Source: Octopus vulgaris (Eukaryota). Taken from it: a DNA stretch of 64,000 nucleotides. Under the pieces are notes generated by a model. It made no database searches. It had not been told where the DNA came from and saw only the letters and a list, made by a program, of their open reading frames with translations. The stretch lies in the NCBI GenBank assembly GCA_951406725.2, contig OX597836.1, positions 28,520,001 through 28,584,000 on the forward strand, written 5' to 3'. Below, one piece after another: positions 12,623 through 27,200 of the stretch. The position numbers and the translations under genes were made by a program. Positions within the stretch are counted from its first letter, which is position 1; each line of letters starts with the position of its first letter.

Positions 12623-15082
12623 TATAACAGAATGGTAAACATTCCATTTAACAATGGAAGCTAAAAGAACATATGTGTATGTAGCAATACAATCAGCTCA
12701 TTCAGTTTCCTCATCTTTGAGTAATTTGATAAGTTTTTCACTTTTACTCTCTCTCTGTATTGGAAACCAAATCATCTGGTCTTGGTATTGATCATTTGTT
12801 ATTGCAAAACCAAAGTAACTGTTGCCAGTTCAGCTCAACAAGCTTACTTTCGAAACTCGATATATACATCGGAATAACTTTTGAGTAATTGTTTAACCCT
12901 TTAGTATTTAAACAGGCCATATCCGGCCAAAGTATTTAATCTGTTTTATGTTCAAACTGACCAGATCCAGGCCCTCACACCTACCCTACAATGTTATTCT
13001 ACATTAAGTGATTGTCTCTCAGGACCAATATTACACCCTTTGTTGGGTGTAATATTACACCATCAAGATCTTGAAGATATGAGATAATGCATAATTAATT
13101 CAAATCAATGGGAATCAATAAGCATTATGTTTGATTGAATAATCTGAACATTAAAGGGTTAAAGCAGTCTGAATATATCTGATTTTGATAAGAAGACTAA
13201 GATTCGCCCACTGTCTATATGGCACGTATCCCAGTTTGACTGAAAAAAAATTTCATATGTGAGAAGCCAGCAGCTTGTGTTTTATGTTTTGAAAGTAAGC
13301 TACTCGTGTGAATGAACATGAGATTCATTGACCAGTAGGAGTGGAGAAACTTAGGCAAATATTTTCTGTCTCTCACAGCAAGGTTAACTCCATATTTGGG
13401 ATGTCTACTCTCAGTGTGGGCCCCCTCCAAGTAGTCTGGTCTTATTGAATGCAACAGTATAGCCTCAAAGCTCACTATCTACAAGAGCTGTCCTATGCTA
13501 GGATCAGTCTGTCCCATAGCTAATATCAAGAAATGTTTGTATATTCCACATGACAAGTCTGAGGATTTTTTTTCATATAGCTTCATGTCGACTCAGGCTC
13601 TGTGACAGTAAACAGAAAACCATGTAAAATTTAAGATACATATAAATCTGTGTGTGTATCAGTGTAAAACATTGAATTTAATTGGAAGTCTGTAGAAGGG
13701 TGATAACTTAGTCCTTCCTTTACTGACTTGAAGATTACAAGCTTACCTGTGAGATTGCAAAAGGCTTTGAGAGAGATTTGAAGAATGGAATAGTGTTGAA
13801 TCTTTATTGCTTAATTTTGTCCAGTTCAAGTTTATTTATGGGAAAAGGATAATTTGAATTGGAAGATAAAGCAATGAACCAGTGTAAGCAATATATATAT
13901 ATAATAGATACAAATGTGTACATATATATAACAAAAAGTGAGTGTATGTATATATGACAGATTCATATAATGAAATAGATCAACAAAGAGGCAAAATTTG
14001 AATGTAAATACCAGTTTGTGACTGAAATGACACAATCATGTGACACTTCTGCTTGTTAAGCAAGAGATGCCAGTTTCAATTCTCATCACTGAGTTTGTTC
14101 ATTTCTAATTCCAAATTAATGAATGTTTATTGTGTGTGTGTGTGTGTGTATATATATAAGTAGTGGTTTAATAATGTATGCAAGTTTAGAAATATTCCAT
14201 GTTCATTCTATATACATAAACATATAAACCATGATGTGTACTCAATGCAATATATACATTTCTACAGAACTCTTTTGTGAAGCTTGTGTGTTTTTAGTTG
14301 TGAGGGTTCCAGCTTCTGGACACAGTCTGGAATTTAGACACATATTGTGTCTGTTAGCCAGGTCATCTAACTGTGAAATAATAGGTACCATGAGGTGGTG
14401 GTAGAGGAACGGCACAGTATTATCTTTTCTACTTTAGGCACAAGGCCTGAAAATTTGGTGGTGGGGGTAGTCAATTAGATCGATCCCAGTACGCAACTGG
14501 TACTTAATTTATCGACCCTGAAAGGCAAAGTCCACCAGAGTGGAATTTAAACTCAGAACATAAAGGCGGATGAAATACCGCTAAGTATTTCGCCTGACGT
14601 GCCAACGTTTCTGCCAGCTCACCTCTTAATGGTACTGTATAATGAAGAATAAGCATTGTCTTAACTTACAGTGCTGAGTTCAGATCGATGTTGGTTGGTG
14701 AGGGTTCTTGGCTACAATTGAATACTATTAGTTGATTAAAAAATAAACAAAATTCACACAACTTGCATGCATATCAATTATGATGGGGCTATACTGAAAA
14801 TAAAAACCTAAGGATAGAAACAAAACCCACATTAGCAGTGGAGCTTTTTGTGAAAGACTCCAAAAGTTTTTTTGTGAAAGACTCCAAAAGTTATTGAAGG
14901 GATTCCAAGAATGCTGCAATGCTGTTGCCCCTTTGGACCTGTCCCCAAGACACCTCATCAAACCTCATTATATATTGTCAGCCTGTGTTTCTTTACTCTT
15001 CACAATCATCTTACTGCTAACCTTGGCCTCACTCTTCCTCTGTAGCAACCCACACAACCCAACACACCTGTCCACTAGATGT

Positions 15083-15262
15083 TTAGTTTTGTGACTTGTT
15101 GCTCCACCCTAAGGATCGTTCAATCCAACCACGCATGGACGATATCTTTGTGAAAACGTTTGGAGAATTGGCTGCACAGTTGTAGCGTCCTTTAGACAAA
15201 ACTCCTACAATAGTCCACCGATTGTCTGGTTCCCAGCACATCAAGGCACCTCCACTGTCACC
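15083..15262 (-). CDS. Protease last exon (GDSGGALMC...[11 protein letters not shown]...[14 protein letters not shown]...*), catalytic Ser
   Basis: GDSGG motif; ctttgcag acceptor at 15263-15265; 60 codons including stop. Confidence 0.95.
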   Translation of the reverse strand, partial: GDSGGALMCWEPDNRWTIVGVLSKGRYNCAANSPNVFTKISSMRGWIERSLGWSNKSQN

Positions 15263-18200
15263 CTGCAAAGAATATTGAAATATCACAAGCACACACACAT
15301 ATTTATATATACAGGGTGATTCAAAAGTCACCATACATAATAACAATCTTTTTTTATAAGAACATTTTTTTTTTTTTATTTAACAGGCTTTGTATGGCCC
15401 AGTGGTTAGGGCAGTGGACTCGTGGTCGTAGGATCGCAATTTTGATTTCCAGACTGGGCGTTGTGAGTGTTTATTGAGTGAAAACACCTAAAGCTCCATG
15501 AGACTCTGGCAGGGGATGGTGGTGATCCCTGCTGTACCCTTTCGCCACAACTTTCTCTCACTCTTTCTTCTGTTGGCCTGCTCACTTAGCCAGCAGTGTG
15601 GCGTCATTTGAAGGCTAAAACAAAGCGAAGCACATTATGACCAGCGAAGTGTAGCAACATCTGATAGCCTGGTTGGTCACGGTGATCACAGTGATATGGT
15701 TACCATTGTTTTGAATACACATTGCAGTATGTTTACCCCATTCACTGTGAACTCATAATAATAGCACATCTGGTGATATGTGAGCAAATGAGTTGGTGAT
15801 GCGTTCCTTCAAATGATTTGTCTTTTATCTTTCTGCAATACACCATGCTTTTCAAATGTCCCCAAAGATAGAAATCAAGAGGGGTCATATCAGGGGATTT
15901 CGGGTATCTTATAAACCATTTTTATAAAAAAGAATAAATTTTCCCTATGTATGGAGACTTTTGAATCACCCTGTATATACTAAACATTATATATATATAT
16001 ATAATAACAAACATGATATCACCATCAAGATACAAGACCAGATACTGCAACAGCTTGGGTTTCAAGGGCCCATAGCTCTTTAATATCCTACCATAATGGG
16101 ATGGATGTAAGTGTCTTCAAAACAAACTTGGATCTCTTCCTGTCAAGAGTTCCAGATGGGCCCACCTCATGGCAGGCAGTGCAGATGAGAGCAATAGCAT
16201 CAAACACCCTCACTCACCAAATGCCACATATCAGACGAGGTTTCAAGTAGTGCAAATGTAGCAAAGCTAATGGTGATGCCCCAGTATGGCCACAGCTCCC
16301 AAGCTGAAACTAGTTGAAGAGTACAACAGACTGAAACTGAATTGATGCACAATACCACATTGCTAAGGGTGACACTCCTGGCAGGTCTTCCAGATTGCTC
16401 ATCCTCTTCCAGGGATGGTTTTCTGCTCTTGAAGTGCCAATGCCACTCAAAACGTTGCATACAACCCCTCGCCTCATTGCCGTAAGCTTACTAAAGAATG
16501 CTCAATGTCTCTGTAGCAGACTTCCTAAGTTTGAAGCAAAATATCATGTTGGTTCTTTGTTCCAACTTCTTGTCTACGACAAAAGTCACAGGCTACAGCA
16601 TACATGTGATCACAAAAGCACAAATTTCACAACCTGCAAAGTACACACAGTGATGTCACTTGACACACTGCTCCATGAAGGTCTCTGCTAGCTCTCAATG
16701 CACATGCAACTATGTGCTGCCATCTGTTGGGGTCCTATGGAACTAGTCCGGGGACTTTTTGATACCACCTCGTAATTATTCTCTTTAAGACACTCAAACA
16801 TTTCCTGTCTGAATTACTACTGGAAATGCAGTGACCTGGTAATTGGCCCCCTGAATGGGGACCCAACTCCAAAGAAGATACTGTAGTTTGTCAGTTGTGA
16901 TGTAAAATAACAATAAAATTTATATTGTATATACTCACGTAACATCCGGTGATGGAACTTTCCATGTATCCAGCACACAAGTTGTGCTCCCAGTCCGGCT
17001 GTGGTCGGAACCCGGCACAGTTGGCATTGTCTCGAATAACCATACGCACTTCATGTAAATAGTTGCTGTATCTGCGTTTGCTGTCTGGAGGTGGAGACAT
17101 AAGGGGTGGGTGGCAGTAGATAGATAGAGAGAGAGAGAGAGAGAAAAAGAAAGAGCATTTTAGAATAATTAGAGTGGGAAGAGATGAACAATAACAGAAA
17201 TTGGATCTTTTCGGTTTGAACCGCAGTTTTTAACATAATTTCTAGGTGTCATATGAAATTGTCACCCATAATTATGACCCTAGTATCGATCTATTGCATT
17301 TCAATCTATTTTAGATTTAGGGTTAGTTAGGGGTGGGGGAAGGGTATCTCATTTTCTTCACAAATGTAAATAAACCCAATCTGTTTCTTAAACGAGGGAC
17401 ATATTCATACGGCACAGAATGCTTTCACCTCAATAGACGGTCATTGATTGGTTGAAATTGCCGAAATGCAAGAAATTAAAGATGAAATATGTTACAAACT
17501 ACAGAATTTTCTCAAGAAAGCCAAGAGAAAATGATGTTTTATAAACACATTCTACCAGTATACGAAGTTAAAAATTTTTTAGTTACCTAGAATTTATGTT
17601 AAAAACTGCTGTTCAAACCGAAAAGATCCCAGAAATTAAATCTTAAACACACACATACACACATAAAAATACTTATCCATATCAAAATTCAGACCCTTGC
17701 ATGTACATACACATATCTGACATACATAACATTGATTTAACTAGAGAGGTTTGACTCGCTAGAAACAGTAGTCAAAGATCCCTCAAAACAAACCCTATCA
17801 TCTTGAAAAAGAAAACACACACATTAGATAATGCTTCCCTAGATTTACACAAATTTTTTGACCTGATCTAAACTACAACAACATATATAATATTCATTTG
17901 CTCATTTCACATCCACTTTTCCATGCTAGCATGGGTTTGAGGAGTATAATCATGAAGCAGTCTTTTCTACCTCTTTTGCATTTATTCAACCCACCTCTTC
18001 CTCCTCTCTCACTACTTACTTTCCAGCCTATGGGAGCTGCCCCATCCGGTCAGGTAGCAGGCCGACCTCTCGTCGTGTTTTGGTATCTCTGGCATGCAGA
18101 TCGGCTTGATGCGGAAGCTGGGTGTCACGGGATACCTGAGGTGCAACATGGCAATGTCTGGATGAGGGTGAAATGCAACCAGCTTCATCTGGTCTGGCAT

Positions 18201-21200
18201 GACAATCCGGTCAACTGGGATCCGTGTTCCGTTCATCAACCCCTCATACAGGTCAATCTCACCGAGGACAATGGAGAAGTAGTAAGGTACCATGGTCCGG
18301 TTCCACATGCTGTAGGTTCAAATAGAGAAAGAAGAAAACATGTATAGTGTACTGTTCCATGATGGTAAGATCAACAACAAAAGTACTGCATCTGATGAGA
18401 GATAAATAGACACATTTAAGGCTGAAAATACCAGACTTCATAGGAAGTACACTGTTGGCAGCAATATTTGGAACGGCTCATGTGTTGAGGAAAGTGCTGT
18501 GTCTCTTAAGTTGTGGGAAGGAGTTGAGATATGATGTAGATATCCCAGGAAAAGAAATTGCAATAATAATAATAATGGTTTCAAATTTTGGCACCAGGCC
18601 AGCAATTTCGGGGAAGGGGTCGAGTCAATCACAGCAATCCCAATACTCAGCTGGTATTTATTCTATCAATCCCGAGAGGATGAAAAGCAAAGTCAACGTT
18701 GGCAAAATTTGAACTCAGAATGTAAAAATGGATGAAATGCTGCTATGCATCTTGCCTGGTGTGCTAATGATTCTGCCAGCTCACTGCCTTAATAATAATA
18801 ATAGTAATAATAAAAATAATCCTTTCTACTATAGGCACAAGGCCTGGGTTTTCACGGGGAAGGAGACAATCTTTCACATCAACTCCAGCTCACAACTGGT
18901 ACTTATTTTATTGACCCCGAAAGGATAAAAAGTAAAGTTGGCCTCAGCAGAATTAATAATAATAATAATCCTTTCTACTATAGACACAAGGCCTGAAATT
19001 TATGGGGAGGGGACTAGTTGAGTACATCGACCCCCAAAAGGATGAAAGGCAAAGTCGACCTCAGTGGAATTTGAACTGAAAACATAAGGACAGATCAAGT
19101 GTTGCTAAGCATTTTTGACCAACGTGCTAACGATTCTGCCAGCTTAACACCCTAATAATAATGATAATAATGATGATGATGAGCACTCAGAGAGTGCAAA
19201 CCTCTACCAAGGCATATCTGGAGATGATTTTAAAAACGAGAATATCTGAAATAAATTCAACTGCGCTGACAAATGAGAATACTAAAAATGAACCTGACCA
19301 CTCTCAAAAATTAAGTAAAAAAGCCAGAAAAATAATCCAGAATCCTTGTCCAGTACCCGATTGATCCCAATGGTAGTCATGGAATGTGAAGGCAGGTGTG
19401 CAGGCTGTGTTTGTAATGCCATGTGTGTCATCTGCAGTGAGAACAGGGACAGTTTTCTGTATGAAGGCCTTTTTTAATCTATCCACTGATATAGTGTCTT
19501 TACAACCGTTAAGGTCTATAGTGAAAAATCTATCTGTGTGTGAAAGAAAATGGAAAGGACCTGCATACGGTGCTGCTAATGGAGGTTTAACAACATTGTT
19601 GCGCACAGATATGTGAGTCCAAGAAGTAAAGTTTCATTCAAGGCAGAGCTAGAAATGCAATTGTCAAATAAGGTAAGAGGTTTTAAACTGGTAAAACTAA
19701 AAAATTGTCAAGGATAAATTAAATTTATTATTGTTACTGAATATGTTAGTGTTATTTAATTTCTGAATGGTTTTGCTGCCGTTTGTTTATGTAGCTTGAT
19801 TTTTTTATGCATTTAAGACAGACACGAATAAAATTAATAATAGAGAAACGAAAATAGAACTTTGGAAACAGCAATGCTGCCATAACTTATGTGGAAACCA
19901 CGAGCGTGCTTTCAAGGGAGATAATCAGAGAAAGACTTGAAAGTAAACGTAAGATCATAATACTTCATGTAAAGTGAAGTAAATATAACAGATAATCCAG
20001 AATCCTTGTCCGGTACTGGATCGATCCCAAAATCTAATCAGTTTGTGCCAGTAATGAGGTCTAACATCCCTGAAAGTTTCATCTGAATCCATCCAGTGGC
20101 TCTTGAGATATCTTGTCCACAGACAAACAAACAAACACGACTAAAAACAATACCTCTGCCTTCGCTAAGGTGGAGGTAATAATAATGATAGTAGTAGTAG
20201 TAGTAATAATAATAATAGTAGTAGTAGTAGTAATAATAATAGTAATAATAATGATAGTAGTAATAGTAGTAATAATAATGCTTCTGATGATGATAATGAT
20301 GTATATATAAATATACAGACCCTGTCACTATACAATGTGCCGCTGTTACAAGCCATTGGTCAGAAATGAGTGTAGCGCCACATATTGGTTCTCCCAAGTA
20401 GAGCACAGAGGCTACCCAGGGCCAGGTGTAGCGGTGAGCCAAGTCTCCTCCGATGATAAACTTCTGATACTGGATTGAATGATGCTTGTTGGTGCCACAA
20501 ACTGAAAACAGAGAGAGAAGAGCACAAGAAATTAGAGAGGGGTGGAGGTCACTGATGGAGATGGTGGGGAAGTTGGATGGGTTTGGTCAAAGAAATCTGG
20601 TAAGTCTTGGAGTTTGAAATTTCATAGATGACAGTTTAGTGGTGTTTGTAGTGGAGGCGCAATGGCCCAGTGGTTAGGGCAGCGGACTCGCAGTCGTAGG
20701 TTCGCGGTTTCGATTCCCAGACCGGGCGTTGTGAGTGTTTATTGAGCGAAAACACCTAAAGCTCCACGAGGCTCCGGCAGGGATGGTGGTGATCCCTGCT
20801 GTACTCTTTCACCACAACTTTCTCTCACTCTTACTTCCTGTTTCTGTTGTACCTGTATTTCAAAGGGCCGGCCTTGTCACTCTCTGTGTCACGCTGAATA
20901 TCCCCGAGAACTACGTTAAGGGTACACGTGTCTGTGGAGTGCTCAGCCACTTACATGTTAATTTCACGAGCAGGCTGTTCCGTTGATCGGATCAACCGGA
21001 ACCCTAGTCGTCGTAACTGACGGAGTGCTTCCAAAGTGGTGTTTGTAGGGTTGTGGGTAGGAGAGGGGTGGTGGATGGGATGTGTTTGAGGAGGTGTGAG
21101 GGTGGCCTTGTCGTAGTTGAGGATTTAAGGGTGTGTGGCGTGTCTTTAGGTTTGTGATGGTGGAGCAGTCAAAGGGGGGGAGTGTTGGGAAGTGTTTGGT

Positions 21201-24200
21201 GGGATGTGGGGGTCGGAGTAGCTGTAGTTGGGATTCCCCATGAGTTTGTTGGGTTGCAGGGTGTGTGTGTGGGGGGGGGGTAGTTGTTGGAGTAGAGGAG
21301 TGGTTGTAGGGGTAGATTGTAGCAGTGTGGGTTGTGTTTGTAGGTGCAGAGAGAAGGTTCAGTCCGTGTGTGTGTAGGGTGGGGTGGAGTTTATAGCCTT
21401 GGGAGAAGGTTTAGTGTGTGTGTGTGGGGGAGCATTTTTTGTATATGGAATGTGTGTTGTCGCTGCTGTTTTTAAACCCTAGGCCAGATTACATAGAACA
21501 GCCCCCCTACCATCAAAGGTTTTGCTGCTTTTACCTTCTCCCCTTATATTCAAATGAAGTATATTCAGGACAACAGACACTTCCACTGGAATATCTTTAT
21601 TTACAATGGTATGCTGGGATCTAAGGGAGATTTTGCTGACATTTCTAGCAAGTGAACTGACCGTACAGAGGACTTTGATGGATTTGAAGGATGGGGGTCA
21701 GTGTTTGTAAGTAGGTGGGGGAGTGTTTGTTTAACATGTGTGTGTGAGTGTGTGTGTGTGCACATGCATATGTGTGTATATGCATACACACACTCCCATA
21801 TGTAGGGGTATCTTTGGATTTGTTGTTAATTCTTTTATTTGTTTCAGTCATATGACTGCGGCCATGCTGGAGCACTGTCTTTAGTCGAACAAATTGACCA
21901 CAGGACTTATTCTTTGTAAGCCTAGTACTCATTCTATTGGGTCTCTTTTGCTGAACTGCTAAGTTACGGGTATGTAAACACACCAACATCAGTTGTCAAG
22001 TGATGGTTGGGGGGAAAAACAGACACACAAACATATACATACATACACACACACACACAGATATACATATAAAAGATGGGCTTCTTTCAGTGTACATCTA
22101 CCCAAATCCACTCACAAGGCTTTGGTTGGCCCAAGGCTATGGTAGGAGACAATTGCGCAAGGTGACACACAGTGGGGCTGAACCCAAGACCATGTGATTG
22201 GTAAGCAAGCTAACTAAACTGAAATTACATTTCCACTGTTCATTTTGTCGGATGATAACAAAGATAGTAAAAACAACAACAGCCGCATCAACATGCACTT
22301 ACCTCTTTCATTACAAGCCATATGAACAACCTTGTTACTTTCACAGGACCTAATAACAACAACAACAACAGTAGCAATTATCAAAGAGAAACATTATGGT
22401 GAATCAATACAGAAATAATCAATTTTCTAGTTAAAGTATTAAAAAAAATGATCTGAGAGGGGGGATAAAATAACTAAAAATAAAAATACAAATAAAATAA
22501 ACTAAAATGAAAAATAAAATAAAAATAAAATAGATATGAAATAAAAATAAAACAAAAAATAAAATAATAAAATTAGATTAAAAGAGAAAATAAAACAAAA
22601 TAAGAAATAAAATAAGATAAGAAAAGATACGATTAAAACATAAAACAAAAACTAAAATAAAATAAAATAAAATAAAATAATAAGATGAAATATAAAATAA
22701 AAATAAAATAAACAAAATTAAAAAATAAAATAAAATGTAAAATAAAGAATAAAAAATAAATAAAATAAAACAAATAAAATATAATATAAAATAAAGAAAA
22801 TGAAATCAAAAAATAATAAAAAATAAAGTAAAGTAAAAATAAATATAAAAATAAAATAAAATAAAAAATATAATTAAAATACAAAAATAAAATAAAAAAT
22901 AACATAAAAGATAAAATTAAAAATAAAATTAAAAATAAAATAAAATAAAATAAAAATACAAATAAAAATAAAATGAAAAATAAAATAAAGAATAAAATAA
23001 AATAAAATATAAAATAAAAAATAAAATAAAATAAAACAAAAAATAAAATTACGGAGATGCACATGCATAGCAAGTGACCAGATGTCTTGCAAACAACTTG
23101 CACATGCTACCACTTAAAAGCTCCGTATACCGGATATCGTGTGCTGGAACAAAAACAATATCAGCGTGGAAGGTGTTTATAAGCCATTTGAGAAACACAC
23201 AAAAACCGTTAGATTCACTTCAACATTTAAATTTAATTTGTCAAAATATTTTCTTCGCTTTGAGACCGCGACCTGTTCACTGACAAAATTCCGAGATGCA
23301 GCACAGAATTTTGTCAGTGAACAGGTCGCGGTCTTAAAGCGCCGAAAATATTTTGGCAAATTAAATTTAAATGTTGAAGTGAATTTAACGGTTTTTGTGT
23401 GTTTCTTAAATGGCTTATAAACACCTTCCACACTGCAAAAAATAAAATAAAAATGAAATATGAAATAAAATAAAAAAATAAAATAAAACAACAAAATAAA
23501 ATAAAAAATGAAAGAAAATAAAACAATTACTTGGAAAATACTGTGTGGTAAACAGGAAATTGTCCTCATGATGGACAGGAAATCGGTTGTATAGTTGTGG
23601 GGGGTGGAGAGGAAAGTAGATGTACAAGTAAATATGTGCATGTGTATATGCTTATATATCTCTGTGTGTGTGTGGCTGCATTTATGTGAGTGTATACATG
23701 TGTGCTTGTATTAATGCGTGCATATACATTCACACCTCTGCGCACCACACACACTTTGTATACGTGTGGTGGTTATGATGATGGTAATTGTCATGGCTGT
23801 AACGATGGAAATAACAAGTTTTAATGGTGATGGTCATGTTATACTTACGATGCTGTCCTGATGTAGTTCTGAAGAGGGTATTTAAGTGTTTTACTGAGGA
23901 TCTGCTGGTAGGAGTGGGTATTTTCAGGTGCATCAAGTAACTCAACTCTATTTACATTCCTAGGGAAAGAACACAATGAAGAGAAAATGTTAGTGATTTC
24001 TAAACTAGGCACAAAGGCTATGTGTATATTACTATATATATATAGGGAGAGTTTATGAAAAAACAAAAGAGGAAGACAGGTGGTATACAAAACAAACAGA
24101 TGTATTAGTATAACGCTCAGGAATAGAAAAAGTCTTTTACATTTTGAGCCTACGCTCTTCTACAGAAAGGTCACAGAAAAAACAAGGAGAGAAAAAAAAT

Positions 24201-27200
24201 GTGTGTAGTGGCTATATATATATATATATTATTCTTTTACTTGTTTCAGTCATTTGACTGCGGCCAGACTGGAGCACCGCCTTTAGTTGAAAAAATCAAC
24301 CCCAGGACTTATTCTTTGTAAGCTTAGTACTTATTCTATCGGTGTCTTTTGCTGAAATGCTAAGTTACGGAGACATAAACACACCAGCATCTGTTGTCAA
24401 GCAATGGTGGGGGACAAACACAGACACAAACACGATAGGCTTCATTCAGTTTCTTCTACCAAATCCACTCACAAGTCTTTGGTTGGCCTGTGGCTATAGT
24501 AGGTGCCACGCAGTCTATATTGCTGTATATATTATAGTGAATATACTGTGTGTATTCTATCTTTAGAGTAGGTGCACCATCTGTGTTTGCACTTGTAAGA
24601 GGTGACTGAAAGGATCGCGGACAGGAAGAGGATTTGGCATATACTACTCTCTTGCTTGTTGCATTGTCCCCCCCAACCAGACTGCTTCTCTGGGACTCCA
24701 TGCCAGGTAAAAATTTCGACCACCTCACACAGAATTTAAACATCATCATCATCGTTTAACGTCCGCTTTCCATGCTAGCATGGGTTGGACGGTTCAACTG
24801 GGGTCTGGGAAGCCCGAAGGCTGCATCAGGCCAGTCAGATCTGGCAGTGTTTCTACAGCTGGATGCCCTTCCTAACACCAACCACTCCGTGAGTGTAGTG
24901 GGTGCTTTTTATGTGCCACCGACACAGGTGCCAGACGAGGCTGGTGAACGGCCATGCTTGGATGGTGTTTTTTATGTGCCACCGACACAGGTGCCAGACG
25001 AGGCTGGCGAACGGCCACGCTCGGATGGTGTTTTTTACGTGCCACCGGCATGGAGGCCAGGCAGGGCTGGCATGGCCACGATTGGATGGTGTTTGTTACG
25101 TGCCCACAGCATGGAGGCCAGTCGGTGCGGTACTGGCTACAGCCACGTTCGGATGGTTTTCTTATGTGCCACTGGCACTGGTACCACAAAATACAAATTC
25201 CATTGATGTTCATCGATTTTGATTTGATTTGATTTTCACTTGCCTCAACAGGTCTTCACAAGTGTCCCAAGAAGGAAGGTATGCACAGGTGGACTGACTA
25301 CGTCAACAGTATTTATTACAAGTCTTGAAAACTTACAGTTTAACTTAACTTAAAACTCTTTACAAAAAAATGACTTGAACTTTTCCTTAAAGATCAAAAC
25401 TGCATCCAAAGTGTTTTGTACAGAGATGTGAGATAACTGATCAAGAACAATCAACACCGACCTAAGACGGACAACCAAAGAAGAAAAAAAAAACTGTCTT
25501 TACTCCATCATACAATGTCTGAATAAAAGACAGGATGGTCATATTTGGGAAACATTTAGCTGACCTGGATCTAAACAGCTACAACAACAGTCTCTATCCA
25601 GATACATCAATATAGCTAGTGCAAAGAGTTACTTACTTGTGTCGGAGATATTTACAGACAAACGAGGCCCAATCTTTAGACCAATTGTTGGCACAGACCA
25701 TGCTGGTTTTACCCCGTAAAGTGAGAGCCAGCACAGGCAGCGACTTTGAGGAATCATATTTTCTCAGTGAAACTGAAAATATAAAAGATTTTGTTGGTGG
25801 TTTGCATTTGTGTTAGTTATGTTTGTTTTGTTTGTTTGAAGAATACATGGACATGCCAAAGGAGAAAGTGTGAAGCTGATTTAGGGATTTGTTGAGGAAA
25901 TGGTGTGAAAATACAGATCGTGGTGTGGAAATACAGAACATGGTATGGAAGTACAGATCATGGTGCAGAAATAAAGATGATGGTGTGGAAGTATAGATCA
26001 TAGTGTGGAAATACAGATAGTGGTGTGGAAATACAGATAGTGGTATGGAAATACAGATAGTGGTGTGGAAATACAGATAGTGGTATGAAAATACAGATTG
26101 TGGTATGGAAATACAGATAGTGGTGTGGAAATACAGATAGTGGTGTGGAAATACAGATAGTGGTATGGAAATACAGATAGTGGTATGGAAATACAAATTG
26201 TGGTGTGGAAATACAGATTATGGTGCAGAAATACAGATTGTGGTATGGAAATACAGATAGTGGTATGAAAATACAGATTGTGGTGTGGAAATACAGATCT
26301 CGGCATGAAAATACAAATTGTGGTGTGGAAATACAGATTATGGTGCAGAAATACAGATTGTAGTGTGGAAGTACAGATGATGGTGTGGAAGTACAGATCA
26401 TGGTGTGGAAATACAGATCGTGGTGTAAAAATACAGATCATGGTGTGGAAATACAGATCGTGGTGTAAAAATACAGATCGTGGTGTGGAAGTACAGATGA
26501 TGGTGTGGAAGTACAGATCATGGTGTGGAAATACAGATCGTGGTGTGGAAATACAGATCATGGTGTGGCCATAGTTTGAAAACACAGAATATAGAATGGT
26601 TGTCTGCAGGTGTACTTACCACACAAGGCTTCATCTTCACCATCAGAGCAATCCCAGTGCATGTCACACACAGAGCTACGGTTGATACAGCGATACTCTC
26701 GAGTACACACGAACTCACTGGCCTTGCAGTTATCTGCAGTTGTAGAGAACATGTCAAATGTTTACATTGCAGTGATGTATGAGTGTGCGTGTGTCTGTGT
26801 TTCTATGTGTGGGCTATACATATCTGTGTGCATGTAATACACATGCACATACCCTCCATCAGGCATTGACCATACTTTGAATGCCTTACTTCCCTGGGAA
26901 TAGATACATTGAAGCTCTGACATCTGGCAACTGATCTGGTAAACACCCTCAAAATTGTTTTGAGTAGAAATAAATGTTCATGTGGAAATAAGTGCCAAAG
27001 TGTGGAAATAACATTGGGATGTGGAAATATAGATCATGGCATGTAAATACAGATCATGGTGTGGAAATACAGACCATGGTGTGGAAATTCAGATTATGGT
27101 GTGGTCATAATTTGAAAATACAGAATGTGCTGTGGAAAGAGAGATTATGATGTGGAGATACAGATCATGGCATGGAAATACAGATCATGGTGTGGAAATA

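Noticed and set aside
10796-13808. Poly(A) signals for the two convergent genes (AATAAA + at 10796 and 11434; - at 13803-13808)
   Set aside because: Plausible, but the hexamer is frequent in AT-rich DNA and cannot be assigned without transcript data
20652-20725. tRNA gene
   Set aside because: tRNA-like A/B boxes are the head of a TSD-flanked multi-copy SINE; no complete cloverleaf seen
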